DNA of 64,000 nucleotides from Eubacteriales bacterium (lineage in GTDB: Bacteria; Bacillota; Clostridia; Oscillospirales; CAG-272), in assembly GCA_045656605.1 (NCBI GenBank), contig JAZORO010000070.1, positions 731-64,730 on the forward strand, read 5' to 3'. Positions 26,216 to 35,116 of the stretch are shown here, in pieces; the stretch's first letter is position 1; every line of letters begins with the position of its first letter. The position numbers and the translations under genes were made by a program. The notes beneath the pieces are model-generated. The model worked only from the letters and a program-made list of their open reading frames with translations. It did no database searches and was not told the DNA's origin.

Positions 26216-26980
26216 TCAAGCCTCATAAATCTTCACGCCCATATCGGAAAGCGAGTCGATAAGCTCACGCTTGTCGCTCTTGTTGGTTACGAGTATATCC
26301 ATCTCTCCCGCCTCGGTTATCCTTGCGAATGCCTCACGACCGAACTTAGAGCCGTCGGCAACGACTATAACGGATGCCGCAGAGCCAATCATCTGCCTGA
26401 CTAGCGATGCCTCGTTCGAGTAATAGAGTGTCAGGCCTGCCTCCTTGCTTATACCGTCAACCGAGAGTATGCACTTTGTCGCCCTGTAATTTCTCACCTG
26501 GCTCTCTGCATCGCTTCCGTGAGTAAACTGGTATTTCGGGTCAACGTCTCCCCCAAGCAAAATCACGTTGAAGGATGCGTGCGATGCCGCAACCGTGGCG
26601 TTGTGAATCGAATTCGTTACTATGCTCACGTTTTTCTTGCCACGTATTGCCCGAAGGACGTACGTCAGCGTTGTTCCGCCGTTCATAAATATCGTATCGT
26701 TGTCCTCTATGAGAGCGGCTGCCAACTCCGCTATGCGTCTCTTCGCTGCCGAATTTGTCTTATACCTTTCGACCAAATCCATACTTGCATACGCCTTGTT
26801 CAAGGCTACCGCTCCGCCGTGCACTCGCTTCAGATGTCCCTCCGCCTCGAGCACTTCGAGGTCCTTACGTATCGAAACCTCGGACACCTCGCACTCGGCG
26901 CTGAGGTCGCACACTCTTACTCTTCCCTCTTCCTGTATTCTTGAAATGATAAATTCTCTGCGGCTCTCTGTACCCAGCAT
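26216..26980 (-). CDS. DeoR family transcriptional regulator
   Basis: It has the N-terminal HTH 'RREFIISRIQEEGRVRVCDLSAECEVSEVSIRKDL' and a C-terminal sugar-phosphate-binding domain. Confidence 0.85.
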   Translation of the reverse strand: MLGTESRREFIISRIQEEGRVRVCDLSAECEVSEVSIRKDLEVLEAEGHLKRVHGGAVALNKAYASMDLVERYKTNSAAKRRIAELAAALIEDNDTIFMNGGTTLTYVLRAIRGKKNVSIVTNSIHNATVAASHASFNVILLGGDVDPKYQFTHGSDAESQVRNYRATKCILSVDGISKEAGLTLYYSNEASLVRQMIGSAASVIVVADGSKFGREAFARITEAGEMDILVTNKSDKRELIDSLSDMGVKIYEA

Positions 26981-27279
26981 AACTGCAATTCCTTTCATAA
27001 GCAAGCTTTTTTATTGCATTATAGCATACAAAACGAAAGAACGCAAGTCATATGAAAGCCTTTTCTTTTTCTCCGCAATAATTTATTATTTCTATCAAAA
27101 TGATTCCTTTGTTATTGACTTTTGAAGTGATTTGTGGTATCATTAAGTGAATTGAAAACAAACAGAAACGAAAGTCAATCGAAATGGCAATTAAGCCATC
27201 GGAACGACGGAGTCAGCCCTGTTGCCCGAGTCTATCCCGAGGATATCAAAATTATTTTTTTACATAAAGGAGAAAAAAC

Positions 27280-27900
27280 ATGGAATTCAAGGTTTATCAG
27301 AAAGAGATCGAGCTTCAGTCGAGAGGTTGGATACCCACCTTCCACGACGTTACCAGCGACATTCTCAAAATTGTAGAGGCATCCGGAGTTAAAAACGGAA
27401 CCGTTTGCATCGCCTCTCACCACACCACCTGCTCGGTTATGGTTCAGGAGTGCTCTCACGACATAGACTCCTTCGATCTCGAGTATCTCCAGCATGATCT
27501 TCTCGATATAATGAGAAAGCTCATCCCCGACTTTGCCGAGGAGCATCAGTACCGTCATCCCGGTCCGATCCACTCTCAGTTCGGCAGATACGTTAACGAG
27601 CCCGGCGACTTCACCAGCATGAACACCGACGGTCACCTTCGTTCTGTATTCTTCGGCAGAAGTGAGACTATGACCATCAAGGACGGTGTTCTCGACGGCG
27701 GTGAGTTCGCTCACGTATACTTCATCGACTGGGATCACGTTCGTGCACGTCACAGACAGCTCAACGTAACCGTTATGGGTACTACCGAGGACGTCGAGGA
27801 CAGAAAGTACAACAACGGAGAGGTTGTCAACACCCTTCGCAAGTACACCCCCGAGGAGAAGGCGTACGACGTACACTACGACCTTCAGTGGAAGAGATAA
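27280..27900 (+). CDS. YjbQ/UPF0047 family protein (secondary thiamine-phosphate synthase family), extended form
   Basis: 'NGTVCIASHHTTCSVMVQE' is present. At 206 aa it is longer than the usual length of about 140 aa. Confidence 0.6.
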   Translation: MEFKVYQKEIELQSRGWIPTFHDVTSDILKIVEASGVKNGTVCIASHHTTCSVMVQECSHDIDSFDLEYLQHDLLDIMRKLIPDFAEEHQYRHPGPIHSQFGRYVNEPGDFTSMNTDGHLRSVFFGRSETMTIKDGVLDGGEFAHVYFIDWDHVRARHRQLNVTVMGTTEDVEDRKYNNGEVVNTLRKYTPEEKAYDVHYDLQWKR

Positions 27901-27963
27901 TTAAACACTTTTTTGAATAAAAACAGGTTGCACCAGTGCAACTCAAGATGCGAATACAAAACT

Positions 27964-28647
27964 ATGAAAATATTACTTGACACAGCAAATCTTAAGGACA
28001 TCAAATATTTCAACAAGCACTATCCCATAGTCGGTGTCACCACCAACCCCACCATTCTCTCACGTGAGGGCGGCAACCCGATAGAGACTCTCAAGGAAAT
28101 CAGGAGCATTATCGGCGAGGATAAGGAGCTACACATACAGGTTACGGAGACGAAGTTTGAAAAAATCATCGAGGAAGCTCACGCTCTTATCGATGCCTTT
28201 GGCAAGAACACTTTTGTTAAAATCCCCGTTACCGACGTAGGTCTGAGAGTTACGAAGCACCTCTCTGATTTAGGCTTCGAAGTTACGGTTACTGCCGTGC
28301 TTACCGCCGCACAGGCTATGCTCGCATCGGAAGCGGGAGCTTCCTACGTTGCGCCTTACATAAGCCGCTCGGAGAATCTCTGCGCAGACGGTGTAGGTAC
28401 GGTTGCGGACATATCAGCTATATTTGAGAAATCGGGAACAAAGACGCAGATTCTCGCCGCAAGCTTCAAGACGGCGAAAGAAGTGCTTGACGTAGCCGTA
28501 GCAGGATGTCACTCTGCTACAATTGGCTCGACTATAATGAAGATGCTCATCTCCCACACCACTACGGATACCTCTATTGCAGGCTTCGAGGCGGACTGGA
28601 GACGTGCATTTGGAGACACCACGCTCTTAAAGCTTTTAGGTAAGTAA
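27964..28647 (+). CDS. transaldolase / fructose-6-phosphate aldolase family protein
   Basis: 'MKILLDTANLKDI', 'GVTTNPTIL' and 'VKIPVT' are present. The start is taken at MKIL; the RBS is weak. Confidence 0.8.
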   Translation: MKILLDTANLKDIKYFNKHYPIVGVTTNPTILSREGGNPIETLKEIRSIIGEDKELHIQVTETKFEKIIEEAHALIDAFGKNTFVKIPVTDVGLRVTKHLSDLGFEVTVTAVLTAAQAMLASEAGASYVAPYISRSENLCADGVGTVADISAIFEKSGTKTQILAASFKTAKEVLDVAVAGCHSATIGSTIMKMLISHTTTDTSIAGFEADWRRAFGDTTLLKLLGK

Positions 28648-28695
28648 GAGCTCGCAAAACTCGTTCACACATCAGTAAATACAAGGAGTTTTACA

Positions 28696-30024
28696 ATGGC
28701 AACAGTCGTAATTATGCCCCGTCAGGGACAAAGCGTTGAAAGCTGTATCATAACTGCCTTCAACAAGAAGGTCGGCGATACCGTTGCGGTAGGCGACGTC
28801 CTCTTCTCTTACGAGACCGACAAATCCTCCTTCGATGAGCCTGCTCCCGTAGAGGGAAAGATTCTCGCTATTTTCAGGGAAGAGGGCGATGACGTACCCT
28901 GCCTTGAAAGTGTGCTTGTTATCGGCAAGGACGGTGAGGATTTCTCGGAGTTTATCCCCAAGGGTGACGCTGCACCCGCTCCCGCTCCCGCAAATACCGA
29001 GAGCGCACCCGCAAAGGCAGAGACCGCAGAAGCAGTCTCCGACGCAGCGCCCGCAGAAGCAGCCGGCTTCACCGGAGCGGCAACCTCTATCTCGCCCAGA
29101 GCGAAAAACCTTGCCGAAAAGACCTCCGCAGACCTGCTCAAGGCTGTACCCACAGGTCCTAACGGTAGAATTATTGAAAGAGACGTACAGAAGCTCGTTG
29201 ATATGGGTCTGACCGTTTCTCCCGCTGCTAAGGATTCCTACACCGAAGCCGCCGAGGGTACGGGCATCAGAGGAAGAGTAACCCTCAGAGACCTCAGCGC
29301 TCCGGCAGAAAAGCCTGCGTTCACAGGGCCCGAATTCGAGGACGTCAAGCTCCCGGGCATAAGAAAGGTCATAGCGAAGACTATGCACACCTCTCTTTCC
29401 ACTATGGCTCAACTGACTATGAATACGTCCTTCGACGCAACAAAGCTGCTTAACCTCAGAGCATCTCTGAAGGCAGGCGCTGAAAAGTTCGGTCTCGGAA
29501 ACATCACGATCAACGATATGATACTCTTCGCAGTATCAAGAGTTCTTCCTCTGCACAGAGATTTGAACGCTCACTTCCTCGATGACAAAATCAGGTATTA
29601 CAACACCGTCAACCTCGGAGTTGCGGTAGATACTCCCAGAGGGCTTATGGTTCCCACCGTATTCGGCTCTGACAGGATGACTCTCACCGAGATATCCAAG
29701 GCGGCAAAGGCTCTTATCTCAGAGGCGCAGAGTGGAACCATCAGCCCCGACAAGCTTCAGGGCGGCTCGTTCACCGTCACCAACCTCGGCTCGCTCGGCA
29801 TCGAGAGCTTCACTCCCGTTATCAACCCTCCTCAGACCGGTATACTCGGCGTAGGATGCGTAACCAGAAGAATTAAGGAAGTTGGCGGCAAGGACGTAAG
29901 CTATCCCGCTATGGGTCTTTCTCTCACCGTCGACCACAGAGCGCTCGACGGTGCTCCTGCGGCGAAGTTCTTGAAGGAGCTCTGCTTCGTGCTTGAGAAC
30001 TTCGACCTTCTTCTCGTTCAGTAA
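28696..30024 (+). CDS. 2-oxoacid dehydrogenase E2 (dihydrolipoamide acyltransferase)
   Basis: It has the lipoyl domain motif 'YETDKSSF', an Ala/Pro-rich linker, a subunit-binding domain and the catalytic motif 'DHRALDG'. Confidence 0.9.
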   Translation: MATVVIMPRQGQSVESCIITAFNKKVGDTVAVGDVLFSYETDKSSFDEPAPVEGKILAIFREEGDDVPCLESVLVIGKDGEDFSEFIPKGDAAPAPAPANTESAPAKAETAEAVSDAAPAEAAGFTGAATSISPRAKNLAEKTSADLLKAVPTGPNGRIIERDVQKLVDMGLTVSPAAKDSYTEAAEGTGIRGRVTLRDLSAPAEKPAFTGPEFEDVKLPGIRKVIAKTMHTSLSTMAQLTMNTSFDATKLLNLRASLKAGAEKFGLGNITINDMILFAVSRVLPLHRDLNAHFLDDKIRYYNTVNLGVAVDTPRGLMVPTVFGSDRMTLTEISKAAKALISEAQSGTISPDKLQGGSFTVTNLGSLGIESFTPVINPPQTGILGVGCVTRRIKEVGGKDVSYPAMGLSLTVDHRALDGAPAAKFLKELCFVLENFDLLLVQ

Positions 30025-30042
30025 AGTTTGGGAGGAGACAAA

Positions 30043-31404
30043 ATGTACGATTTGATTATACTCGGCGGAGGTCCCGCCGGCTACAATGCGGCAGAGAGAG
30101 CAGGACACGCAGGGCTCAAGACTCTTGTAATTGAAGAAAGAGCGCTCGGCGGCGTCTGCCTTAACGAGGGATGCATCCCCACGAAGACTCTGCTCTATTC
30201 GGCAAAGATTTATGATTATGCGAAGCATTCAGCTGACTACGGCGTTAGGTTCGGCTCTGCCAAGATCGACCACGCATTCGTCGTAGCGCGCAAGAACAAG
30301 GTTGTAAAGCAGCTCGTATCCGGTGTCGGAGCAAAGCTGAAAAAGGCTAAGGTCGACGTGGTTTACGCAAGCGCTAAGATCAACGGCAAAAACGCAGACG
30401 GCTTCGTAGTAACGGCAGACGGCAAGGATTACGTAGGAAAGCAGCTGCTTATCGCTACCGGCTCTTCTCCTGCTCTTCCTCCCATCGACGGACTTGCGGA
30501 TTCGCTCAAGTCCGGGTTTGCTCTTACAAACAGAGAGGTGCTCGATCTTAACGAGATTCCCAAGACGATTGTTGTCGTCGGCGGCGGAGTCATCGGTCTT
30601 GAGATGGCATCCTACTTCAACTCGGTCGGAACGAAGGTATACGTTGTCGAGATGCTCGACCATATAGCGGGCGCTACCGACAGAGAGATATCCACCCTTC
30701 TTGAGAAGGAGTATGCTAAGCGCGGCGTTGAATTCATACTCGGCGCTAAGGTTACGTCCATCAAGGATAAGGCTGTTACCTACGAAAAGGACGGAAAGAG
30801 CGTGAAGCTCGATGCAGACTATGCTCTTGTCTCGATAGGTCGCCGTCCGAGAACGGCAGGCATCGGATGCGAGAGCATCGGTCTCCTGCTTGAGCGAGGA
30901 GCTATCGTCACAAACGAGTACGGAAGAACCAACGTACCCGGCGTTTGGGCTGCAGGCGACGTAAACGGCAAGTCTATGCTTGCTCATACGGCGTACCGTG
31001 AGGGCGAGGTTTGTATCAACAACATCCTCGGAAAGAAGGACAGAATCAATTACAACTCCATCCCCTCTGTTATATACACCAACCCCGAGGTTGCCTCGGT
31101 AGGTGAAACCGCAGAGTCTGTGAAGGCTAAGGGCCTTGACGCAACCGTAGAGACCGTAACGCTCAAGTATAGCGGCAGATATATCGCTGAAAACGAGCAC
31201 GGCAACGGCATTGTCAAGCTCATTATTGACAACAAGCACCGCAACATCATCGGCGTACATATGTACGGTAGCTATGCATCCGAGATTATCTACGGAGCAG
31301 CTATGATGGTAGAGACCGAGATGCGTGTTGCTGACGTACAGAAGCTCGTATTCCCCCACCCCACCGTTTGTGAGGTAATACGTGAAGCAATGTTTATGGA
31401 TTGA
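30043..31404 (+). CDS. lpdA: dihydrolipoyl dehydrogenase (E3)
   Basis: 'YDLIILGGGPAGY' and the redox disulfide 'GGVCLNEGCIPTK' are present. The start follows GGGAGGAG. Confidence 0.9.
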   Translation: MYDLIILGGGPAGYNAAERAGHAGLKTLVIEERALGGVCLNEGCIPTKTLLYSAKIYDYAKHSADYGVRFGSAKIDHAFVVARKNKVVKQLVSGVGAKLKKAKVDVVYASAKINGKNADGFVVTADGKDYVGKQLLIATGSSPALPPIDGLADSLKSGFALTNREVLDLNEIPKTIVVVGGGVIGLEMASYFNSVGTKVYVVEMLDHIAGATDREISTLLEKEYAKRGVEFILGAKVTSIKDKAVTYEKDGKSVKLDADYALVSIGRRPRTAGIGCESIGLLLERGAIVTNEYGRTNVPGVWAAGDVNGKSMLAHTAYREGEVCINNILGKKDRINYNSIPSVIYTNPEVASVGETAESVKAKGLDATVETVTLKYSGRYIAENEHGNGIVKLIIDNKHRNIIGVHMYGSYASEIIYGAAMMVETEMRVADVQKLVFPHPTVCEVIREAMFMD

Positions 31405-31427
31405 TGAAATTTAAAGGAGAATAAATT

Positions 31428-33914
31428 ATGCCTAAGAGCCAATACGTTGATCCCGCACGTGCCTTTGATGCGGGTTACATACACTTCGAAGACATTCCCG
31501 TATGCCAGTACAACAAAACCCTTGCTGAGGAAAAGAAGATTTATACGAAGGATGACTTCCTTCGCATTTACCGTGACATGGCTATCATCCGTGAGTTCGA
31601 GACTATGCTCAACGAGGTTAAGGTCAAGAGCGAGTACAACGGTGTTAAGTACAACAACCCCGGCCCTGCGCACCTCTCCATAGGTCAGGAGGCTTCGGCT
31701 GTCGGCGAGGCTTACTGCCTTGATATCAACGACCTTTCCTTCGGTTCGCACCGTAGCCACGGTGAAATTCTTGCAAAGGGTCTTTCGGCTATCTACAAGC
31801 TTGAGGACGCTGAGCTTTACGACATTATGAAGGAGTTCCTCGACGGATCTGTTCTCTCGGTTGTCGAAAAGCATATGAACGCAGGCGGAAACGTCAAGGA
31901 GCTTGCTATCAACTTTCTTCTTTACGGCGCTCTGGCAGAGATTTTCGCACGTAAAACCGGCTTTAACAGAGGTCTTGGCGGATCGATGCACGCCTTCTTC
32001 ATCCCCTTCGGTCTTATGCCCAACAACGCTATAGTCGGTGCGAGCGCACCCATAGCTCTCGGAGCTGCTCTCTACAAGCGCTCCAACCACAAGCCCGGTA
32101 TCATTATATCCAACTGCGGCGACGGTGCTACCGGCAGAGGCCCCGTGCTCGAGGCTCTCAACTTCGCTTCTATGGATCAGATCACCAAGCTTTGGGGTAT
32201 GGACGGCAGATATTCCTCTGACGGAATGCCCATACTCTTCAACGTATTCAACAACCACTACGGAATGGGCGGTCAGACCCGCGGTGAGACTATGGGCTTC
32301 GATATGGTTGCCCGTCTCGGCGCAGGCTTCAACCCCAGCCAGATGCACGCAGAGCGTGTAAACGGTTACGATCCTCTTGCGGTTATCGATGCGGTTACAC
32401 GCAAGAAGAAGCTCCTGCTTGAGGGCAAGGGTCCTGCTCTTCTTGATGTTGTTACCTACCGTGTATCCGGTCACTCCCCCTCAGACTCCTCTACTTACAG
32501 AACTCAGGAGGAAATCGACGCTTGGAAGGCAGCAGATCCCATTCTCGCATTCAAGAATAAGCTCATCAAGGGCAAGCTTGCAACCGAGAACGAGATCGCT
32601 AAGCTCCACGAGGAAATTACCGCACGTATGACCGAGATTATGAAGCTCGCTATCAACGACGACGTTTCTCCTCGCATGGACCTTGTCAAGGAGCCCGACG
32701 CTATCTCCTCTATTATGTTCTCTAACGGCAAGGCCGTCAGCCTCGATCCCGAGCGTGAGGCAGAGATGCTTATGCCTAAGGAAGAGTGCCCCCGTGTCAA
32801 GGAAATCAAGGGTAAGATCCGTACCGCAAAGGACGAGAACGGCAAGCCCGTATCCAAGATGAAGATGTACAACATCTGCGACGGTCTTTTCGAGCCGATT
32901 ATCGACAAGTTCTATGATGACCCCACGCTTATCGCTTACGGCGAGGATAACCGTGACTGGGGCGGTGCGTTCGGCGTATACAAGAAGATGACCGACGCTG
33001 TTCCTTATCACAGATTCTTCAACTCTCCTATCTCGGAGTCTGCAATCGTCGGCTCTGCGGTAGGCTACGCTATGTGCGGCGGTAGAGCTATCGTTGAGCT
33101 TATGTACGCAGACTTTATCGGATGCGCAGGCGACGAAATCTTCAACCAGATGGCAAAGTGGCAGGCTATGTCCGCAGGCATACTCAAGATGCCCATCACT
33201 CTCAGAGTTTCAGTCGGCTCCAAGTACGGCGCTCAGCACTCTCAGGACTGGACTGCGCTCTGCGCTCACATCCCCGGTCTTAAGGTTGTATTCCCCGCTA
33301 CTCCCACCGACGCTAAGGGTCTTATGACCTCTGCGCTTGACGGCACAGACCCTGTAGTCTTCTTCGAGTCTCAGAGAATTTACGGCATAGGTGAAGAGTT
33401 CAGAAAGGACGGTGTACCCGAGGGTCACTTCGCAATCCCCTTCGGCGAGCCCGAGGTTAAGAGAGAGGGTAAGGACGTTACCATTCTCACTATCGGCGCA
33501 GTTCTGTACAGAGCTCTCGAGGCAGCTGATATCCTCAAGGAGAAGTACGGTATATCCGCAGAAATAATCGACGCACGCTCTATCGTTCCCTTCAACTACG
33601 AGAAGGTTATCGAGTCTGTTAAGAAGACAGGTAAGATTCTGCTTGTCGGAGATGCCTGCGAGCGCAACTCCGTAATGAGAGATATGGCTTCCAACATCAC
33701 CGAGATGTGCTTCGACTACCTTGACGGCCCGCCCGTAGTAGTCGGCTCTCGCAACTGGATCACTCCTGCATTCGAGCTTGAGAAGTCCTTCTTCCCCCAG
33801 GCTGACTGGATCATTGATGCTCTGCACGAGAAGATTATGCCCCTTAACGGCCACGTACCCACCAACAATTTCACCGACCTTGAGAAAGTTGAAAGAGCTA
33901 AGAAGGGTCTTTAA
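31428..33914 (+). CDS. fused E1 alpha/beta component of a TPP-dependent 2-oxoacid dehydrogenase
   Basis: This single 828-aa ORF has an E1-alpha-like N-terminal half ('GQEA..VG', 'GDGATGRG') and an E1-beta/transketolase-like C-terminal half ('PISESAIVGSAVGYAMCG'). Confidence 0.85.
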   Translation: MPKSQYVDPARAFDAGYIHFEDIPVCQYNKTLAEEKKIYTKDDFLRIYRDMAIIREFETMLNEVKVKSEYNGVKYNNPGPAHLSIGQEASAVGEAYCLDINDLSFGSHRSHGEILAKGLSAIYKLEDAELYDIMKEFLDGSVLSVVEKHMNAGGNVKELAINFLLYGALAEIFARKTGFNRGLGGSMHAFFIPFGLMPNNAIVGASAPIALGAALYKRSNHKPGIIISNCGDGATGRGPVLEALNFASMDQITKLWGMDGRYSSDGMPILFNVFNNHYGMGGQTRGETMGFDMVARLGAGFNPSQMHAERVNGYDPLAVIDAVTRKKKLLLEGKGPALLDVVTYRVSGHSPSDSSTYRTQEEIDAWKAADPILAFKNKLIKGKLATENEIAKLHEEITARMTEIMKLAINDDVSPRMDLVKEPDAISSIMFSNGKAVSLDPEREAEMLMPKEECPRVKEIKGKIRTAKDENGKPVSKMKMYNICDGLFEPIIDKFYDDPTLIAYGEDNRDWGGAFGVYKKMTDAVPYHRFFNSPISESAIVGSAVGYAMCGGRAIVELMYADFIGCAGDEIFNQMAKWQAMSAGILKMPITLRVSVGSKYGAQHSQDWTALCAHIPGLKVVFPATPTDAKGLMTSALDGTDPVVFFESQRIYGIGEEFRKDGVPEGHFAIPFGEPEVKREGKDVTILTIGAVLYRALEAADILKEKYGISAEIIDARSIVPFNYEKVIESVKKTGKILLVGDACERNSVMRDMASNITEMCFDYLDGPPVVVGSRNWITPAFELEKSFFPQADWIIDALHEKIMPLNGHVPTNNFTDLEKVERAKKGL

Positions 33915-33969
33915 TTAAAAAACTACGTCGGGCGCTCGTCGCCCGACGTATTGATATTTAGGTGCTTTT

Positions 33970-34944
33970 ATGAAATTTCTTGTTCTGAAAACACACGATC
34001 CTTATTACAATCTCGCAATAGAGGAATACCTCTTTGACACGTCGGATGAGGACGTTTTTATGCTATGGCAGAACGAGCCCTCGGTCATAGTGGGAAAAAA
34101 TCAGAATGCCATAGCCGAAATCGAGCCACAGTACGTGAAAGAGAACAACGTACACGTTGTTAGAAGGATTACCGGCGGCGGAGCGGTATATCATGACCTC
34201 GGCAACGTCAATTATACTTATATTACAGTCGGGCACGACTGGAATGCCGATTTTTCCTACTTTACTCTTCCTATATGCGAGGCTATACGCTCGCTCGGAG
34301 CGGAAATTCAGCCGGGGGGCAGAAACGACCTTATTCTGTCCGATGGCAGAAAGGTATCCGGAACAGCTCAGCACGTTCGGGGCAAAAAGGTTCTGCATCA
34401 CGGCACTCTGCTCTATTCCTCTAACCTCGACGCCATAGCGAAGGCTCTGCGCCCCTCGAAGGAGAAGCTTTCAACAAGAGCGGTAAAATCTGTAAGTTCA
34501 AGGGTAGCAAATCTATCTGAGGCTCTCATGCAAAAAATCACTGTAGAGGAGCTTATATCTCTTATCGGAGAGGAAATAATCAAGGCTTACAAGCCGACGG
34601 TCATAGAGCCCCCCGTGTCGGAAGAAATAGATAGACTGTACACGAGAAACCGCTCCGAGGAATGGATATATCCATCTAGAGATTATCTTACGGATTTCGA
34701 CATAAGGAGAAGCAAGAGGTTCTCCTTCGGCACGCTGGACATAGATATCTCATACTCAAAGGACCGTATCAATTCGGTAAGAATACAGGGCGATTTCTTC
34801 GGCAGAAAATCTATCGCCAAGCTCGAATCTGCCGTAACGTGTATTGATTTTTCGAATTTAGACCTCGCACTTGAAGCAATTGACGTCGGGGAATACGTAG
34901 ACGGAATGACAAAAGACGAGTTAAAGGAGCTCTTGCTTCCGTAA
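33970..34944 (+). CDS. lplA: lipoate-protein ligase
   Basis: 'NLAIEEYLF', 'VVRRITGGGAVYHDLGN' and 'KVSGTAQ' are present. Confidence 0.85.
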   Translation: MKFLVLKTHDPYYNLAIEEYLFDTSDEDVFMLWQNEPSVIVGKNQNAIAEIEPQYVKENNVHVVRRITGGGAVYHDLGNVNYTYITVGHDWNADFSYFTLPICEAIRSLGAEIQPGGRNDLILSDGRKVSGTAQHVRGKKVLHHGTLLYSSNLDAIAKALRPSKEKLSTRAVKSVSSRVANLSEALMQKITVEELISLIGEEIIKAYKPTVIEPPVSEEIDRLYTRNRSEEWIYPSRDYLTDFDIRRSKRFSFGTLDIDISYSKDRINSVRIQGDFFGRKSIAKLESAVTCIDFSNLDLALEAIDVGEYVDGMTKDELKELLLP

Positions 34945-35019
34945 AGCGTCCCTAACTATAAATGCCGATTTGAATTTCGCTTAAATTCCAATTGTTTGAT
35001 TGTATTTAGCTAATAAAAG

Positions 35020-35060
35020 AGAGCCCGACGGCAACCGATTGTTTGCCGTCGGGCTCTTGT
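35020..35060. terminator. bidirectional terminator
   Basis: A 15-bp perfect stem, AGAGCCCGACGGCAA/TTGCCGTCGGGCTCT, sits between convergent genes. Confidence 0.7.
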
Positions 35061-35116
35061 GCTGCGGACTTAAGCGCACGATACTTTTTAGAAGTTAGAT
35101 AGATCAGAAGCGAGCC

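Noticed and set aside
30229-32474. Long minus-strand ORFs (376 aa and 394 aa) antisense to the E3 and E1 genes.
   Set aside because: The sense-strand products carry clear Lpd and E1 motifs. The antisense translations have odd composition and no start signals, so they are a codon-bias artefact.
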